Source of the DNA: Balanoglossus misakiensis
Lineage: Eukaryota > Animalia > Hemichordata
NCBI GenBank assembly: GCA_040954595.2
Contig: CM082580.2
Coordinates: 486,783-550,782, forward strand
DNA length: 64,000 bases
Direction of reading: 5' to 3'
Within the stretch, counting starts at the first letter, position 1; every line of letters begins with the position of its first letter. Under the pieces are notes generated by a model, which was not told the DNA's origin, did no database searches, and saw nothing but the letters and a program-made list of their open reading frames with translations. Of this stretch, positions 13,101-28,800 are shown piece after piece. The position numbers and the translations under genes were made by a program.

Positions 13101-16100
13101 TGTGCTCTGGTTAATGTTGACGCAAAGGTTGACCCCACCAAACACTCAAAATTAATGGGCAGCACACTGTCCACTATGGCCTGGTTACTGTGTGCTCTGG
13201 TTAATGTTGACGCAAAGGTTGACCCCACCAAACACTCAAAATTAATGGGCAGAACACTGTCCACTACGGCCTGGTTACTGTGTGCTCTGGTTAATGTTGA
13301 CGCAAAGGTTGACCCCACCAAACACTCAAAATTAATGGGCAGAACACTGTCCACTACGGCCTGGTTACTGTGTGCTCTGGTTAATGTTGACGCAAAGGTT
13401 GACCCCACCAAACACTCAAAATTAATGGGCAGAACACTGTCCACTACGGCCTGGTTACTGTGTGCTCTGGTTAATGTTGACGCAAAGGTTGACCCCACCA
13501 AACACTCAAAATTAATGGGCAGAACACTGTCCACTACGGCCTGGTTACTGTGTGCTCTGGTTAATGTTGACGCAAAGGTTGACCCCACCAAACACTCAAA
13601 ATTAATGGGCAGGATACTGGCCACTCTGGCCTAGTTAATGTTGACGCAAAGGTTGACCCCCACCAAACACTCAAAATTAATGGGCACGATACTGGCCACT
13701 CTGGCCTAGTTAATGTTGACGCAAAGGTTGACCCCACCAAACACTCAAAATTAATGGGCAGCACACTGTCCACTACGGCCTGGTTACTGTGTGCTCTGGT
13801 TAATGTTGACGCAAAGGTTGACCCCACCAAACACTCAAAATTAATGGGCAGAACACTGTCCACTATGGCCTGGTTACTGTGTGCTCTGGTTAATGTTGAC
13901 GCAAAGGTTGACCCCACCAAACACTCAAAATCAATGGGCAGCATACTGTCCACTATGGCCTGGTTACTGTGTGCTCTGGTTAATGTTGACGCAAAGGTTG
14001 ACCCCACCAAACACTCAAAATTAATGGGCAGAACACTGTCCACTACGGCCTGGTTACTGTGTGCTCTGGTTAATGTTGACGCAAAGGTTGACCCCACCAA
14101 ACACTCAAAATTAATGGGCAGAACACTGTCCACTACGGCCTGGTTACTGTGTGCTCTGGTTAATGTTGACGCAAAGGTTGACCCCACCAAACACTCAAAA
14201 TTAATGGGCAGAACACTGTCCACTATGGCCTGGTTACTGTGTGCTCTGGTTAATGTTGACGCAAAGGTTGACCCCACCAAACACTCAAAATTAATGGCAG
14301 AACACTGTCCACTACGGCCTGGTTACTGTGTGCTCTGGTTAATGTTGACGCAAAGGTTGACCCCACCAAACACTCAAAATTAATGGGCAGAACACTGTCC
14401 ACTACGGCCTGGTTACTGTGTGCCCTGGTTAATGTTGACGCAAAGGTTGACCCCACCAAACACTCAAAATTAATGGGCAGAACACTGTCCACTATGGCCT
14501 GGTTACTGTGTGCTCTGGTTAATGTTGACGCAAAGGTTGACCCCACCAAACACTCAAAATTAATGGGCAGCACACTGTCCACTAAGGCCTGGTTACTGTG
14601 TGCTCTGGTTAATGTTGACGCAAAGGTTGACCCCACCAAACACTCAAAATTAATGGGCAGAACACTGTCCACTACGGCCTGGTTACTGTGTGCTCTGGTT
14701 AATGTTGACGCAAAGGTTGACCCCCACCAAACACTCAAAATTAATGGGCAGAACACTGTCCACTACGGCCTGGTTACTGTGTGCTCTGGTTAATGTTGAC
14801 GCAAAGGTTGACCCCACCAAACACTCAAAATTAATGGGCAGAACACTGTCCACTACGGCCTAGTTACTGTGTGCTCTGGTTAATGTTGACGCAAAGGTTG
14901 ACCCCACCAAACACTCAAAATTAATGGGCAGAACACTGTCCACTACGGCCTGGTTACTGTGTGCTCTGGTTAATGTTGACGCAAAGGTTGACCCCACCAA
15001 ACACTCAAAATTAATGGGCAGAACACTGTCCACTACGGCCTGGTTACTGTGTGCTCTGGTTAATGTTGACGCAAAGGTTGACCCCACCAAACACTCAAAA
15101 TTAATGGGCAGAACACTGTCCACTATGGCCTGGTTACTGTGTGCTCTGGTTAATGTTGACGCAAAGGTTGACCCCACCAAACACTCAAAATTAATGGGCA
15201 GCACACTGTCCACTAAGGCCTGGTTACTGTGTGCTCTGGTTAATGTTGACGCAAAGGTTGACCCCACCAAACACTCAAAATTAATGGGCAGAACACTGTC
15301 CACTACGGCCTGGTTACTGTGTGCTCTGGTTAATGTTGACGCAAAGGTTGACCCCCACCAAACACTCAAAATTAATGGGCACGATACTGGCCACTCTGGC
15401 CTAGTTAATGTTGACGCAAAGGTTGACCCCACCAAACACTCAAAATTAATGGGCACGATACTGGCCACTCTGGCCTAGTTAATGTTGATGCCAAGGTTGA
15501 CCCCACCAAAAACTCAAAATTAATGGGCATGACACTGGCCACTCTGGCCTGGTTAATGTTGATGCAAAGGTTGACCCCACCAAACACTCAAAATTAATGG
15601 GCAGGATACTGGCCACTCTGGCCTAGTTAATGTTGACGCAAAGGTTGACCCCACCAAACACTCAAAATTAATGGGCATGATACTGGCCACTCTGGCCTAG
15701 TTAATGTTGACGCAAAGGTTGACCCCACCAAACACACAAAATTAATGGGCACGATACTGGCCACTCTGGCCTAGTTAATGTTGACGCAAAGGTTGACCCC
15801 ACCAAACACTCAAAATTAATGGGCAGAACACTGTCCACTACGGCCTGGTTACTGTGTGCTCTGGTTAATGTTGACGCAAAGGTTGACCCCCACCAAACAC
15901 TCAAAATTAATGGGCACGATACTGGCCACTCTGGCCTAGTTAATGTTGACGCAAAGGTTGACCCCACCAAACACTCAAAATTAATGGGCACGATACTGGC
16001 CACTCTGGCCTAGTTAATGTTGATGCCAAGGTTGACCCCACCAAAAACTCAAAATTAATGGGCACGACACTGGCCACTCTGGCCTGGTTAATGTTGATGC

Positions 16101-16399
16101 AAAGGTTGACCCCACCAAACACTCAAAATTAATGGGCAGGATACTGGCCACTCTGGCCTAGTTAATGTTGACGCAAAGGTTGACCCCACCAAACACTCAA
16201 AATTAATGGGCATGATACTGGCCACTCTGGCCTAGTTAATGTTGACGCAAAGGTTGACCCCACCAAACACTCAAAATTAATGGGCACGATACTGGCCACT
16301 CTGGCCTAGTTAATGTTGACGCAAAGGTTGACCCCACCAAACACTCAAAATTAATGGGCAGAACACTGTCCACTATGGCCTGGTTACTGTGTGCTCTGG

Positions 16400-17231
16400 C
16401 ACGGTTACTAGAAGAAGACGGTTAGGAAACTCTATTGTTCGGAAGGTGTGAACGAGGTGTTAGCTAGGAGAGTCCATGTCCGAACCGCTATGTGGGGTTG
16501 TATTGGGGAACGTAGCTAATTTTTGAACCCCTTCATCTGCCCTTTTTCGTCAGAGTACAGCGCCACTTTTTTTTTGTACGAATTCCATATAGGCTTATGG
16601 AGTGCACGGTCATAGTCTGTTGGGCTTGTGACACTCTACCATTGTTTCTTGGGTGGTTAACTTAAAATCTGGATTCAAATAGCGTCGAATTTTGAACCCC
16701 TAGAATTCAACCCTGATGGTCGCATTTCTGTTTTTTTTAAATATATTTAGATATTTTACACCTTTTTGTATTGCATGGGCTATTTCGTTTATTCCAATTG
16801 GAATATTTCGTTGAGATTCATTGCATACCCATTTCGATACAGTCGTTAATTTAACATTATCGATATAGCCTTTGGCGGCCATCTTGTTTGTTTTGGTTCG
16901 CATCGAATCTCTAGGGCACAGTCAAGACAAAGAATGTATGGCTTCATCATGTCCTTGAAAGTTCAAAATTGTCATAAATGTGTTGTGACTTTATAAATTA
17001 TCCATCCTCTGTTCTGTTTTCTTCAATTCTGGTGGTCTACGTACTGTGCGTGCAAGCAATTCCGTAAACACGAGTATGGTTTGCTTTGGATTGTGGGGGA
17101 ATGACGTCATTATTCGTACGGCCAGGCTCGTTAGCACCTGATATCTTTCGTTTACACTAAGTGTTTACCGAGGCGAGCATCTAACAATGGAGAAAAAATA
17201 GTTTCCTAACCGTCTTCTTCTAGTAACCGTG
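16400..17231. mobile_element. 832-bp non-autonomous TIR transposon, copy 2
   Basis: Same TIRs and TSD as copy 1; one visible substitution (16670 T vs 9572 C). Confidence 0.9.
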
Positions 17232-20200
17232 GCTCTGGTTAATGTTGACGCAAAGGTTGACCCCACCAAACACTCAAAATTAATGGGCAGAACACTGTCC
17301 ACTACGGCCTGGTTACTGTGTGCTCTGATTAATGTTGACGCAAAGGTTGACCCCACCAAACACTCAAAATTAATGGGCAGAACACTGTCCACTATGGCCT
17401 GGTTACTCTGTGCTCTGGTTAATGTTGACGCAAAGGTTGACCCCACCAAACACTCAAAATTAATGGGCAGCACACTGTCCACTATGGCCTGGTTACTGTG
17501 TGCTCTGGTTAATGTTGACGCAAAGGTTGACCCCACCAAACACTCAAAATTAATGGGCAGAACACTGTCCACTACGGCCTGGTTACTGTGTGCTCTGGTT
17601 AATGTTGACGCAAAGGTTGACCCCACCAAACACTCAAAATTAATGGGCAGAACACTGTCCACTATGGCCTGGTTACTGTGTGCTCTGGTTAATGTTGACG
17701 CAAAGGTTGACCCCACCAAACACTCAAAATTAATGGGCAGAACACTGTCCACTACGGCCTGGTTACTGTGTGCTCTGGTTAATGTTGACGCAAAGGTTGA
17801 CCCCACCAAACACTCAAAATTAATGGGCAGAACACTGTCCACTACGGCCTGGTTACTGTGTGCTCTGGTTAATGTTGACGCAAAGGTTGACCCCACCAAA
17901 CACTCAAAATTAATGGGCAGAACACTGTCCACTATGGCCTGGTTACTGTGTGCTCTGGTTAATGTTGACGCAAAGGTTGACCCCACCAAACACTCAAAAT
18001 TAATGGGCAGCACACTGTCCACTATGGCCTGGTTACTGTGTGCTCTGGTTAATGTTGACGCAAAGGTTGACCCCACCAAACACTCAAAATTAATGGGCAG
18101 AACACTGTCCACTACGGCCTGGTTACTGTGTGCTCTGGTTAATGTTGACGCAAAGGTTGACCCCACCAAACACTCAAAATTAATGGGCAGAACACTGTCC
18201 ACTACGGCCTGGTTACTGTGTGCTCTGGTTAATGTTGACGCAAAGGTTGACCCCACCAAACACTCAAAATTAATGGGCAGAACACTGTCCACTACGGCCT
18301 GGTTACTGTGTGCTCTGGTTAATGTTGACGCAAAGGTTGACCCCACCAAACACTCAAAATTAATGGGCAGAACACTGTCCACTATGGCCTGGTTACTGTG
18401 TGCTCTGGTTAATGTTGACGCAAAGGTTGACCCCACCAAACACTCAAAATTAATGGGCAGAACACTGTCCACTACGGCCTGGTTACTGTGTGCTCTGGTT
18501 AATGTTGACGCAAAGGTTGACCCCACCAAACACTCAAAATTAATGGGCAGAACACTGTCCACTACGGCCTGGTTACTGTGTGCTCTGGTTAATGTTGACG
18601 CAAAGGTTGACCCCACCAAACACTCAAAATTAATGGGCAGAACACTGTCCACTATGGCCTGGTTACTGTGTGCTCTGGTTAATGTTGACGCAAAGGTTGA
18701 CCCCACCAAACACTCAAAATTAATGGGCAGCACACTGTCCACTATGGCCTGGTTACTGTGTGCTCTGGTTAATGTTGACGCAAAGGTTGACCCCACCAAA
18801 CACTCAAAATTAATGGGCAGAACACTGTCCACTACGGCCTGGTTACTGTGTGCTCTGGTTAATGTTGACGCAAAGGTTGACCCCACCAAACACTCAAAAT
18901 TAATGGGCAGAACACTGTCCACTACGGCCTGGTTACTGTGTGCTCTGGTTAATGTTGACGCAAAGGTTGACCCCACCAAACACTCAAAATTAATGGGCAG
19001 AACACTGTCCACTATGGCCTGGTTACTGTGTGCTCTGGTTAATGTTGACGCAAAGGTTGACCCCACCAAACACTCAAAATTAATGGGCAGAACACTGTCC
19101 ACTACGGCCTGGTTACTGTGTGCTCTGGTTAATGTTGACGCAAAGGTTGACCCCACCAAACACTCAAAACTAATGGGCAGAACACTGTCCACTATGGCCT
19201 GGTTACTGTGTGCTCTGGTTAATGTTGACGCAAAGGTTGACCCCACCAAACACTCAAAATTAATGGGCAGCACACTGTCCACTATGGCCTGGTTACTGTG
19301 TGCTCTGGTTAATGTTGACGCAAAGGTTGACCCCACCAAACACTCAAAATTAATGGGCAGCACACTGTCCACTATGGCCTGGTTACTGTGTGCTCTGGTT
19401 AATGTTGACGCAAAGGTTGACCCCACCAAACACTCAAAATTAATGGGCAGAACACTGTCCACTACGGCCTGGTTACTGTGTGCTCTGGTTAATGTTGACG
19501 CAAAGGTTGACCCCACCAAACACTCAAAATTAATGGGCAGAACACTGTCCACTACGGCCTGGTTACTGTGTGCTCTGGTTAATGTTGACGCAAAGGTTGA
19601 CCCCACCAAACACTCAAAATTAATGGGCAGAACACTGTCCACTATGGCCTGGTTACTGTGTGCTCTGGTTAATGTTGACGCAAAGGTTGACCCCACCAAA
19701 CACTCAAAATTAATGGGCAGAACACTGTCCACTACGGCCTGGTTACTGTGTGCTCTGGTTAATGTTGACGCAAAGGTTGACCCCACCAAACACTCAAAAC
19801 TAATGGGCAGAACACTGTCCACTATGGCCTGGTTACTGTGTGCTCTGGTTAATGTTGACGCAAAGGTTGACCCCACCAAACACTCAAAATTAATGGGCAG
19901 AACACTGTCCACTACGGCCTGGTTACTGTGTGCTCTGGTTAATGTTGACGCAAAGGTTGACCCCACCAAACACTCAAAATTAATGGGCAGAACACTGTCC
20001 ACTACGGCCTGGTTACTGTGTGCTCTGGTTAATGTTGACGCAAAGGTTGACCCCACCAAACACTCAAAATTAATGGGCAGAACACTGTCCACTATGGCCT
20101 GGTTACTGTGTGCTCTGGTTAATGTTGACGCAAAGGTTGACCCCACCAAACACTCAAAATTAATGGGCAGCACACTGTCCACTATGGCCTGGTTACTGTG

Positions 20201-23200
20201 TGCTCTGGTTAATGTTGACGCAAAGGTTGACCCCACCAAACACTCAAAATTAATGGGCAGAACACTGTCCACTACGGCCTGGTTACTGTGTGCTCTGGTT
20301 AATGTTGACGCAAAGGTTGACCCCACCAAACACTCAAAATTAATGGGCAGAACACTGTCCACTATGGCCTGGTTACTGTGTGCTCTGGTTAATGTTGACG
20401 CAAAGGTTGACCCCACCAAACACTCAAAATTAATGGGCAGAACACTGTCCACTACGGCCTGGTTACTGTGTGCTCTGGTTAATGTTGACGCAAAGGTTGA
20501 CCCCACCAAACACTCAAAACTAATGGGCAGAACACTGTCCACTATGGCCTGGTTACTGTGTGCTCTGGTTAATGTTGACGCAAAGGTTGACCCCACCAAA
20601 CACTCAAAATTAATGGGCAGAACACTGTCCACTACGGCCTGGTTACTGTGTGCTCTGGTTAATGTTGACGCAAAGGTTGACCCCACCAAACACTCAAAAT
20701 TAATGGGCAGAACACTGTCCACTACGGCCTGGTTACTGTGTGCTCTGGTTAATGTTGACGCAAAGGTTGACCCCACCAAACACTCAAAATTAATGGGCAG
20801 AACACTGTCCACTATGGCCTGGTTACTGTGTGCTCTGGTTAATGTTGACGCAAAGGTTGACCCCACCAAACACTCAAAATTAATGGGCAGCACACTGTCC
20901 ACTATGGCCTGGTTACTGTGTGCTCTGGTTAATGTTGACGCAAAGGTTGACCCCACCAAACACTCAAAATTAATGGGCAGAACACTGTCCACTACGGCCT
21001 GGTTACTGTGTGCTCTGGTTAATGTTGACGCAAAGGTTGACCCCACCAAACACTCAAAATTAATGGGCAGAACACTGTCCACTACGGCCTGGTTACTGTG
21101 TGCTCTGGTTAATGTTGACGCAAAGGTTGACCCCACCAAACACTCAAAATTAATGGGCAGAACACTGTCCACTACGGCCTGGTTACTGTGTGCTCTGGTT
21201 AATGTTGACGCAAAGGTTGACCCCACCAAACACTCAAAATTAATGGGCAGAACACTGTCCACTACGGCCTGGTTACTGTGTGCTCTGGTTAATGTTGACG
21301 CAAAGGTTGACCCCACCAAACACTCAAAATTAATGGGCAGGATACTGGCCACTCTGGCCTAGTTAATGTTGACGCAAAGGTTGACCCCCACCAAACACTC
21401 AAAATTAATGGGCACGATACTGGCCACTCTGGCCTAGTTAATGTTGACGCAAAGGTTGACCCCACCAAACACTCAAAATTAATGGGCAGCACACTGTCCA
21501 CTACGGCCTGGTTACTGTGTGCTCTGGTTAATGTTGACGCAAAGGTTGACCCCACCAAACACTCAAAATTAATGGGCAGAACACTGTCCACTATGGCCTG
21601 GTTACTGTGTGCTCTGGTTAATGTTGACGCAAAGGTTGACCCCACCAAACACTCAAAATCAATGGGCAGCATACTGTCCACTATGGCCTGGTTACTGTGT
21701 GCTCTGGTTAATGTTGACGCAAAGGTTGACCCCACCAAACACTCAAAATTAATGGGCAGAACACTGTCCACTACGGCCTGGTTACTGTGTGCTCTGGTTA
21801 ATGTTGACGCAAAGGTTGACCCCACCAAACACTCAAAATTAATGGGCAGAACACTGTCCACTACGGCCTGGTTACTGTGTGCTCTGGTTAATGTTGACGC
21901 AAAGGTTGACCCCACCAAACACTCAAAATTAATGGGCAGAACACTGTCCACTATGGCCTGGTTACTGTGTGCTCTGGTTAATGTTGACGCAAAGGTTGAC
22001 CCCACCAAACACTCAAAATTAATGGGCAGAACACTGTCCACTACGGCCTGGTTACTGTGTGCTCTGGTTAATGTTGACGCAAAGGTTGACCCCACCAAAC
22101 ACTCAAAATTAATGGGCAGAACACTGTCCACTACGGCCTGGTTACTGTGTGCCCTGGTTAATGTTGACGCAAAGGTTGACCCCACCAAACACTCAAAATT
22201 AATGGGCAGAACACTGTCCACTATGGCCTGGTTACTGTGTGCTCTGGTTAATGTTGACGCAAAGGTTGACCCCACCAAACACTCAAAATTAATGGGCAGC
22301 ACACTGTCCACTAAGGCCTGGTTACTGTGTGCTCTGGTTAATGTTGACGCAAAGGTTGACCCCACCAAACACTCAAAATTAATGGGCAGAACACTGTCCA
22401 CTACGGCCTGGTTACTGTGTGCTCTGGTTAATGTTGACGCAAAGGTTGACCCCCACCAAACACTCAAAATTAATGGGCACGATACTGGCCACTCTGGCCT
22501 AGTTAATGTTGACGCAAAGGTTGACCCCACCAAACACTCAAAATCAATGGGCAGCATACTGTCCACTATGGCCTGGTTACTGTGTGCTCTGGTTAATGTT
22601 GACGCAAAGGTTGACCCCACCAAACACTCAAAATTAATGGGCAGCACACTGTCCACTACGGCCTGGTTACTGTGTGCTCTGGTTAATGTTGATGCAAAGG
22701 TTGACCCCACCAAACACTCAAAATTAATGGGCAGAACACTGTCCACTATGGCCTGGTTACTGTGTGCTCTGGTTAATGTTGATGCAAAGGTTGACCCCAC
22801 CAAACACTCAAAATTAATGGGCAGGATACTGGCCACTCTGGCCTAGTTAATGTTGACGCAAAGGTTGACCCCCACCAAACACTCAAAATTAATGGGCACG
22901 ATACTGGCCACTCTGGCCTAGTTAATGTTGACGCAAAGGTTGACCCCACCAAACACTCAAAATTAATGGGCAGCACACTGTCCACTACGGCCTGGTTACT
23001 GTGTGCTCTGGTTAATGTTGACGCAAAGGTTGACCCCACCAAACACTCAAAATTAATGGGCAGAACACTGTCCACTATGGCCTGGTTACTGTGTGCTCTG
23101 GTTAATGTTGACGCAAAGGTTGACCCCACCAAACACTCAAAATTAATGGGCAGAACACTGTCCACTACGGCCTGGTTATTGTGTGCTCTGGTTAATGTTG

Positions 23201-25055
23201 ACGCAAAGGTTGACGCCACCAAACACTCAAAATCAATGGGCAGCATACTGTCCACTATGGCCTGGTTACTGTGTGCTCTGGTTAATGTTGACGCAAAGGT
23301 TGACCCCACCAAACACTCAAAATTAATGGGCAGAACACTGTCCACTACGGCCTGGTTACTGTGTGCTCTGGTTAATGTTGACGCAAAGGTTGACCCCACC
23401 AAACACTCAAAATTAATGGGCAGAACACTGTCCACTACGGCCTGGTTACTGTGTGCTCTGGTTAATGTTGACGCAAAGGTTGACCCCACCAAACACTCAA
23501 AATTAATGGGCAGAACACTGTCCACTACGGCCTGGTTACTGTGTGCTCTGGTTAATGTTGACGCAAAGGTTGACCCCACCAAACACTCAAAATTAATGGG
23601 CAGAACACTGTCCACTACGGCCTGGTTACTGTGTGCTCTGGTTAATGTTGACGCAAAGGTTGACCCCACCAAACACTCAAAATTAATGGGCAGAACACTG
23701 TCCACTATGGCCTGGTTACTGTGTGCTCTGGTTAATGTTGACGCAAAGGTTGACCCCACCAAACACTCAAAATTAATGGGCAGCACACTGTCCACTAAGG
23801 CCTGGTTACTGTGTGCTCTGGTTAATGTTGACGCAAAGGTTGACCCCACCAAACACTCAAAATTAATGGGCAGAACACTGTCCACTACGGCCTGGTTACT
23901 GTGTGCTCTGGTTAATGTTGACGCAAAGGTTGACCCCCACCAAACACTCAAAATTAATGGGCACGATACTGGCCACTCTGGCCTAGTTAATGTTGACGCA
24001 AAGGTTGACCCCACCAAACACTCAAAATTAATGGGCACGATACTGGCCACTCTGGCCTAGTTAATGTTGACGCAAAGGTTGACCCCACCAAACACTCAAA
24101 ATTAATGGGCACGATACTGGCCACTCTGGCCTAGTTAATGTTGATGCCAAGGTTGACCCCACCAAAAACTCAAAATTAATGGGCATGACACTGGCCACTC
24201 TGGCCTGGTTAATGTTGATGCAAAGGTTGACCCCACCAAACACTCAAAATTAATGGGCAGGATACTGGCCACTCTGGCCTAGTTAATGTTGACGCAAAGG
24301 TTGACCCCACCAAACACTCAAAATTAATGGGCATGATACTGGCCACTCTGGCCTAGTTAATGTTGACGCAAAGGTTGACCCCACCAAACACACAAAATTA
24401 ATGGGCACGATACTGGCCACTCTGGCCTAGTTAATGTTGACGCAAAGGTTGACCCCACCAAACACTCAAAATTAATGGGCAGAACACTGTCCACTACGGC
24501 CTGGTTACTGTGTGCTCTGGTTAATGTTGACGCAAAGGTTGACCCCCACCAAACACTCAAAATTAATGGGCACGATACTGGCCACTCTGGCCTAGTTAAT
24601 GTTGACGCAAAGGTTGACCCCACCAAACACTCAAAATTAATGGGCACGATACTGGCCACTCTGGCCTAGTTAATGTTGATGCCAAGGTTGACCCCACCAA
24701 AAACTCAAAATTAATGGGCACGACACTGGCCACTCTGGCCTGGTTAATGTTGATGCAAAGGTTGACCCCACCAAACACTCAAAATTAATGGGCAGGATAC
24801 TGGCCACTCTGGCCTAGTTAATGTTGACGCAAAGGTTGACCCCACCAAACACTCAAAATTAATGGGCATGATACTGGCCACTCTGGCCTAGTTAATGTTG
24901 ACGCAAAGGTTGACCCCACCAAACACTCAAAATTAATGGGCACGATACTGGCCACTCTGGCCTAGTTAATGTTGACGCAAAGGTTGACCCCACCAAACAC
25001 TCAAAATTAATGGGCAGAACACTGTCCACTATGGCCTGGTTACTGTGTGCTCTGG

Positions 25056-25887
25056 CACGGTTACTAGAAGAAGACGGTTAGGAAACTCTATTGTTCGGAA
25101 GGTGTGAACGAGGTGTTAGCTAGGAGAGTCCATGTCCGAACCGCTATGTGGGGTTGTATTGGGGAACGTAGCTAATTTTTGAACCCCTTCATCTGCCCTT
25201 TTTCGTCAGAGTACAGCGCCACTTTTTTTTTGTACGAATTCCATATAGGCTTATGGAGTGCACGGTCATAGTCTGTTGGGCTTGTGACACTCTACCATTG
25301 TTTCTTGGGTGGTTAACTTAAAATCCGGATTCAAATAGCGTCGAATTTTGAACCCCTAGAATTCAACCCTGATGGTCGCATTTCTGTTTTTTTTAAATAT
25401 ATTTAGATATTTTACACCTTTTTGTATTGCATGGGCTATTTCGTTTATTCCAATTGGAATATTTCGTTGAGATTCATTGCATACCCATTTCGATACAGTC
25501 GTTAATTTAACATTATCGATATAGCCTTTGGCGGCCATCTTGTTTGTTTTGGTTCGCATCGAATCTCTAGGGCACAGTCAAGACAAAGAATGTATGGCTT
25601 CATCATGTCCTTGAAAGTTCAAAATTGTCATAAATGTGTTGTGACTTTATAAATTATCCATCCTCTGTTCTGTTTTCTTCAATTCTGGTGGTCTACGTAC
25701 TGTGCGTGCAAGCAATTCCGTAAACACGAGTATGGTTTGCTTTGGATTGTGGGGGAATGACGTCATTATTCGTACGGCCAGGCTCGTTAGCACCTGATAT
25801 CTTTCGTTTACACTAAGTGTTTACCGAGGCGAGCATCTAACAATGGAGAAAAAATAGTTTCCTAACCGTCTTCTTCTAGTAACCGTG
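25056..25887. mobile_element. 832-bp non-autonomous TIR transposon, copy 3
   Basis: Same TIRs, TSD and internal sequence as copy 1. Confidence 0.9.
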
Positions 25888-28800
25888 GCTCTGGTTAATG
25901 TTGACGCAAAGGTTGACCCCACCAAACACTCAAAATTAATGGGCAGAACACTGTCCACTACGGCCTGGTTACTGTGTGCTCTGATTAATGTTGACGCAAA
26001 GGTTGACCCCACCAAACACTCAAAATTAATGGGCAGAACACTGTCCACTATGGCCTGGTTACTCTGTGCTCTGGTTAATGTTGACGCAAAGGTTGACCCC
26101 ACCAAACACTCAAAATTAATGGGCAGCACACTGTCCACTATGGCCTGGTTACTGTGTGCTCTGGTTAATGTTGACGCAAAGGTTGACCCCACCAAACACT
26201 CAAAATTAATGGGCAGAACACTGTCCACTACGGCCTGGTTACTGTGTGCTCTGGTTAATGTTGACGCAAAGGTTGACCCCACCAAACACTCAAAATTAAT
26301 GGGCAGAACACTGTCCACTACGGCCTGGTTACTGTGTGCTCTGGTTAATGTTGACGCAAAGGTTGACCCCACCAAACACTCAAAATTAATGGGCAGAACA
26401 CTGTCCACTACGGCCTGGTTACTGTGTGCTCTGGTTAATGTTGACGCAAAGGTTGACCCCACCAAACACTCAAAATTAATGGGCAGAACACTGTCCACTA
26501 CGGCCTGGTTACTGTGTGCTCTGGTTAATGTTGACGCAAAGGTTGACCCCACCAAACACTCAAAATTAATGGGCAGAACACTGTCCACTATGGCCTGGTT
26601 ACTGTGTGCTCTGGTTAATGTTGACGCAAAGGTTGACCCCACCAAACACTCAAAATTAATGGGCAGCACACTGTCCACTATGGCCTGGTTACTGTGTGCT
26701 CTGGTTAATGTTGACGCAAAGGTTGACCCCACCAAACACTCAAAATTAATGGGCAGAACACTGTCCACTACGGCCTGGTTACTGTGTGCTCTGGTTAATG
26801 TTGACGCAAAGGTTGACCCCACCAAACACTCAAAATTAATGGGCAGAACACTGTCCACTACGGCCTGGTTACTGTGTGCTCTGGTTAATGTTGACGCAAA
26901 GGTTGACCCCACCAAACACTCAAAATTAATGGGCAGAACACTGTCCACTACGGCCTGGTTACTGTGTGCTCTGGTTAATGTTGACGCAAAGGTTGACCCC
27001 ACCAAACACTCAAAATTAATGGGCAGAACACTGTCCACTATGGCCTGGTTACTGTGTGCTCTGGTTAATGTTGACGCAAAGGTTGACCCCACCAAACACT
27101 CAAAATTAATGGGCAGAACACTGTCCACTACGGCCTGGTTACTGTGTGCTCTGGTTAATGTTGACGCAAAGGTTGACCCCACCAAACACTCAAAATTAAT
27201 GGGCAGAACACTGTCCACTACGGCCTGGTTACTGTGTGCTCTGGTTAATGTTGACGCAAAGGTTGACCCCACCAAACACTCAAAATTAATGGGCAGAACA
27301 CTGTCCACTATGGCCTGGTTACTGTGTGCTCTGGTTAATGTTGACGCAAAGGTTGACCCCACCAAACACTCAAAATTAATGGGCAGCACACTGTCCACTA
27401 TGGCCTGGTTACTGTGTGCTCTGGTTAATGTTGACGCAAAGGTTGACCCCACCAAACACTCAAAATTAATGGGCAGAACACTGTCCACTACGGCCTGGTT
27501 ACTGTGTGCTCTGGTTAATGTTGACGCAAAGGTTGACCCCACCAAACACTCAAAATTAATGGGCAGAACACTGTCCACTACGGCCTGGTTACTGTGTGCT
27601 CTGGTTAATGTTGACGCAAAGGTTGACCCCACCAAACACTCAAAATTAATGGGCAGAACACTGTCCACTATGGCCTGGTTACTGTGTGCTCTGGTTAATG
27701 TTGACGCAAAGGTTGACCCCACCAAACACTCAAAATTAATGGGCAGAACACTGTCCACTACGGCCTGGTTACTGTGTGCTCTGGTTAATGTTGACGCAAA
27801 GGTTGACCCCACCAAACACTCAAAACTAATGGGCAGAACACTGTCCACTATGGCCTGGTTACTGTGTGCTCTGGTTAATGTTGACGCAAAGGTTGACCCC
27901 ACCAAACACTCAAAATTAATGGGCAGCACACTGTCCACTATGGCCTGGTTACTGTGTGCTCTGGTTAATGTTGACGCAAAGGTTGACCCCACCAAACACT
28001 CAAAATTAATGGGCAGCACACTGTCCACTATGGCCTGGTTACTGTGTGCTCTGGTTAATGTTGACGCAAAGGTTGACCCCACCAAACACTCAAAATTAAT
28101 GGGCAGAACACTGTCCACTACGGCCTGGTTACTGTGTGCTCTGGTTAATGTTGACGCAAAGGTTGACCCCACCAAACACTCAAAATTAATGGGCAGAACA
28201 CTGTCCACTACGGCCTGGTTACTGTGTGCTCTGGTTAATGTTGACGCAAAGGTTGACCCCACCAAACACTCAAAATTAATGGGCAGAACACTGTCCACTA
28301 TGGCCTGGTTACTGTGTGCTCTGGTTAATGTTGACGCAAAGGTTGACCCCACCAAACACTCAAAATTAATGGGCAGAACACTGTCCACTACGGCCTGGTT
28401 ACTGTGTGCTCTGGTTAATGTTGACGCAAAGGTTGACCCCACCAAACACTCAAAACTAATGGGCAGAACACTGTCCACTATGGCCTGGTTACTGTGTGCT
28501 CTGGTTAATGTTGACGCAAAGGTTGACCCCACCAAACACTCAAAATTAATGGGCAGAACACTGTCCACTACGGCCTGGTTACTGTGTGCTCTGGTTAATG
28601 TTGACGCAAAGGTTGACCCCACCAAACACTCAAAATTAATGGGCAGAACACTGTCCACTACGGCCTGGTTACTGTGTGCTCTGGTTAATGTTGACGCAAA
28701 GGTTGACCCCACCAAACACTCAAAATTAATGGGCAGAACACTGTCCACTATGGCCTGGTTACTGTGTGCTCTGGTTAATGTTGACGCAAAGGTTGACCCC

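Noticed and set aside
9302-25887. Site-specific transposon repeatedly targeting the satellite
   Set aside because: Shared flanking variant strings and orientation are better explained by duplication of one insertion.
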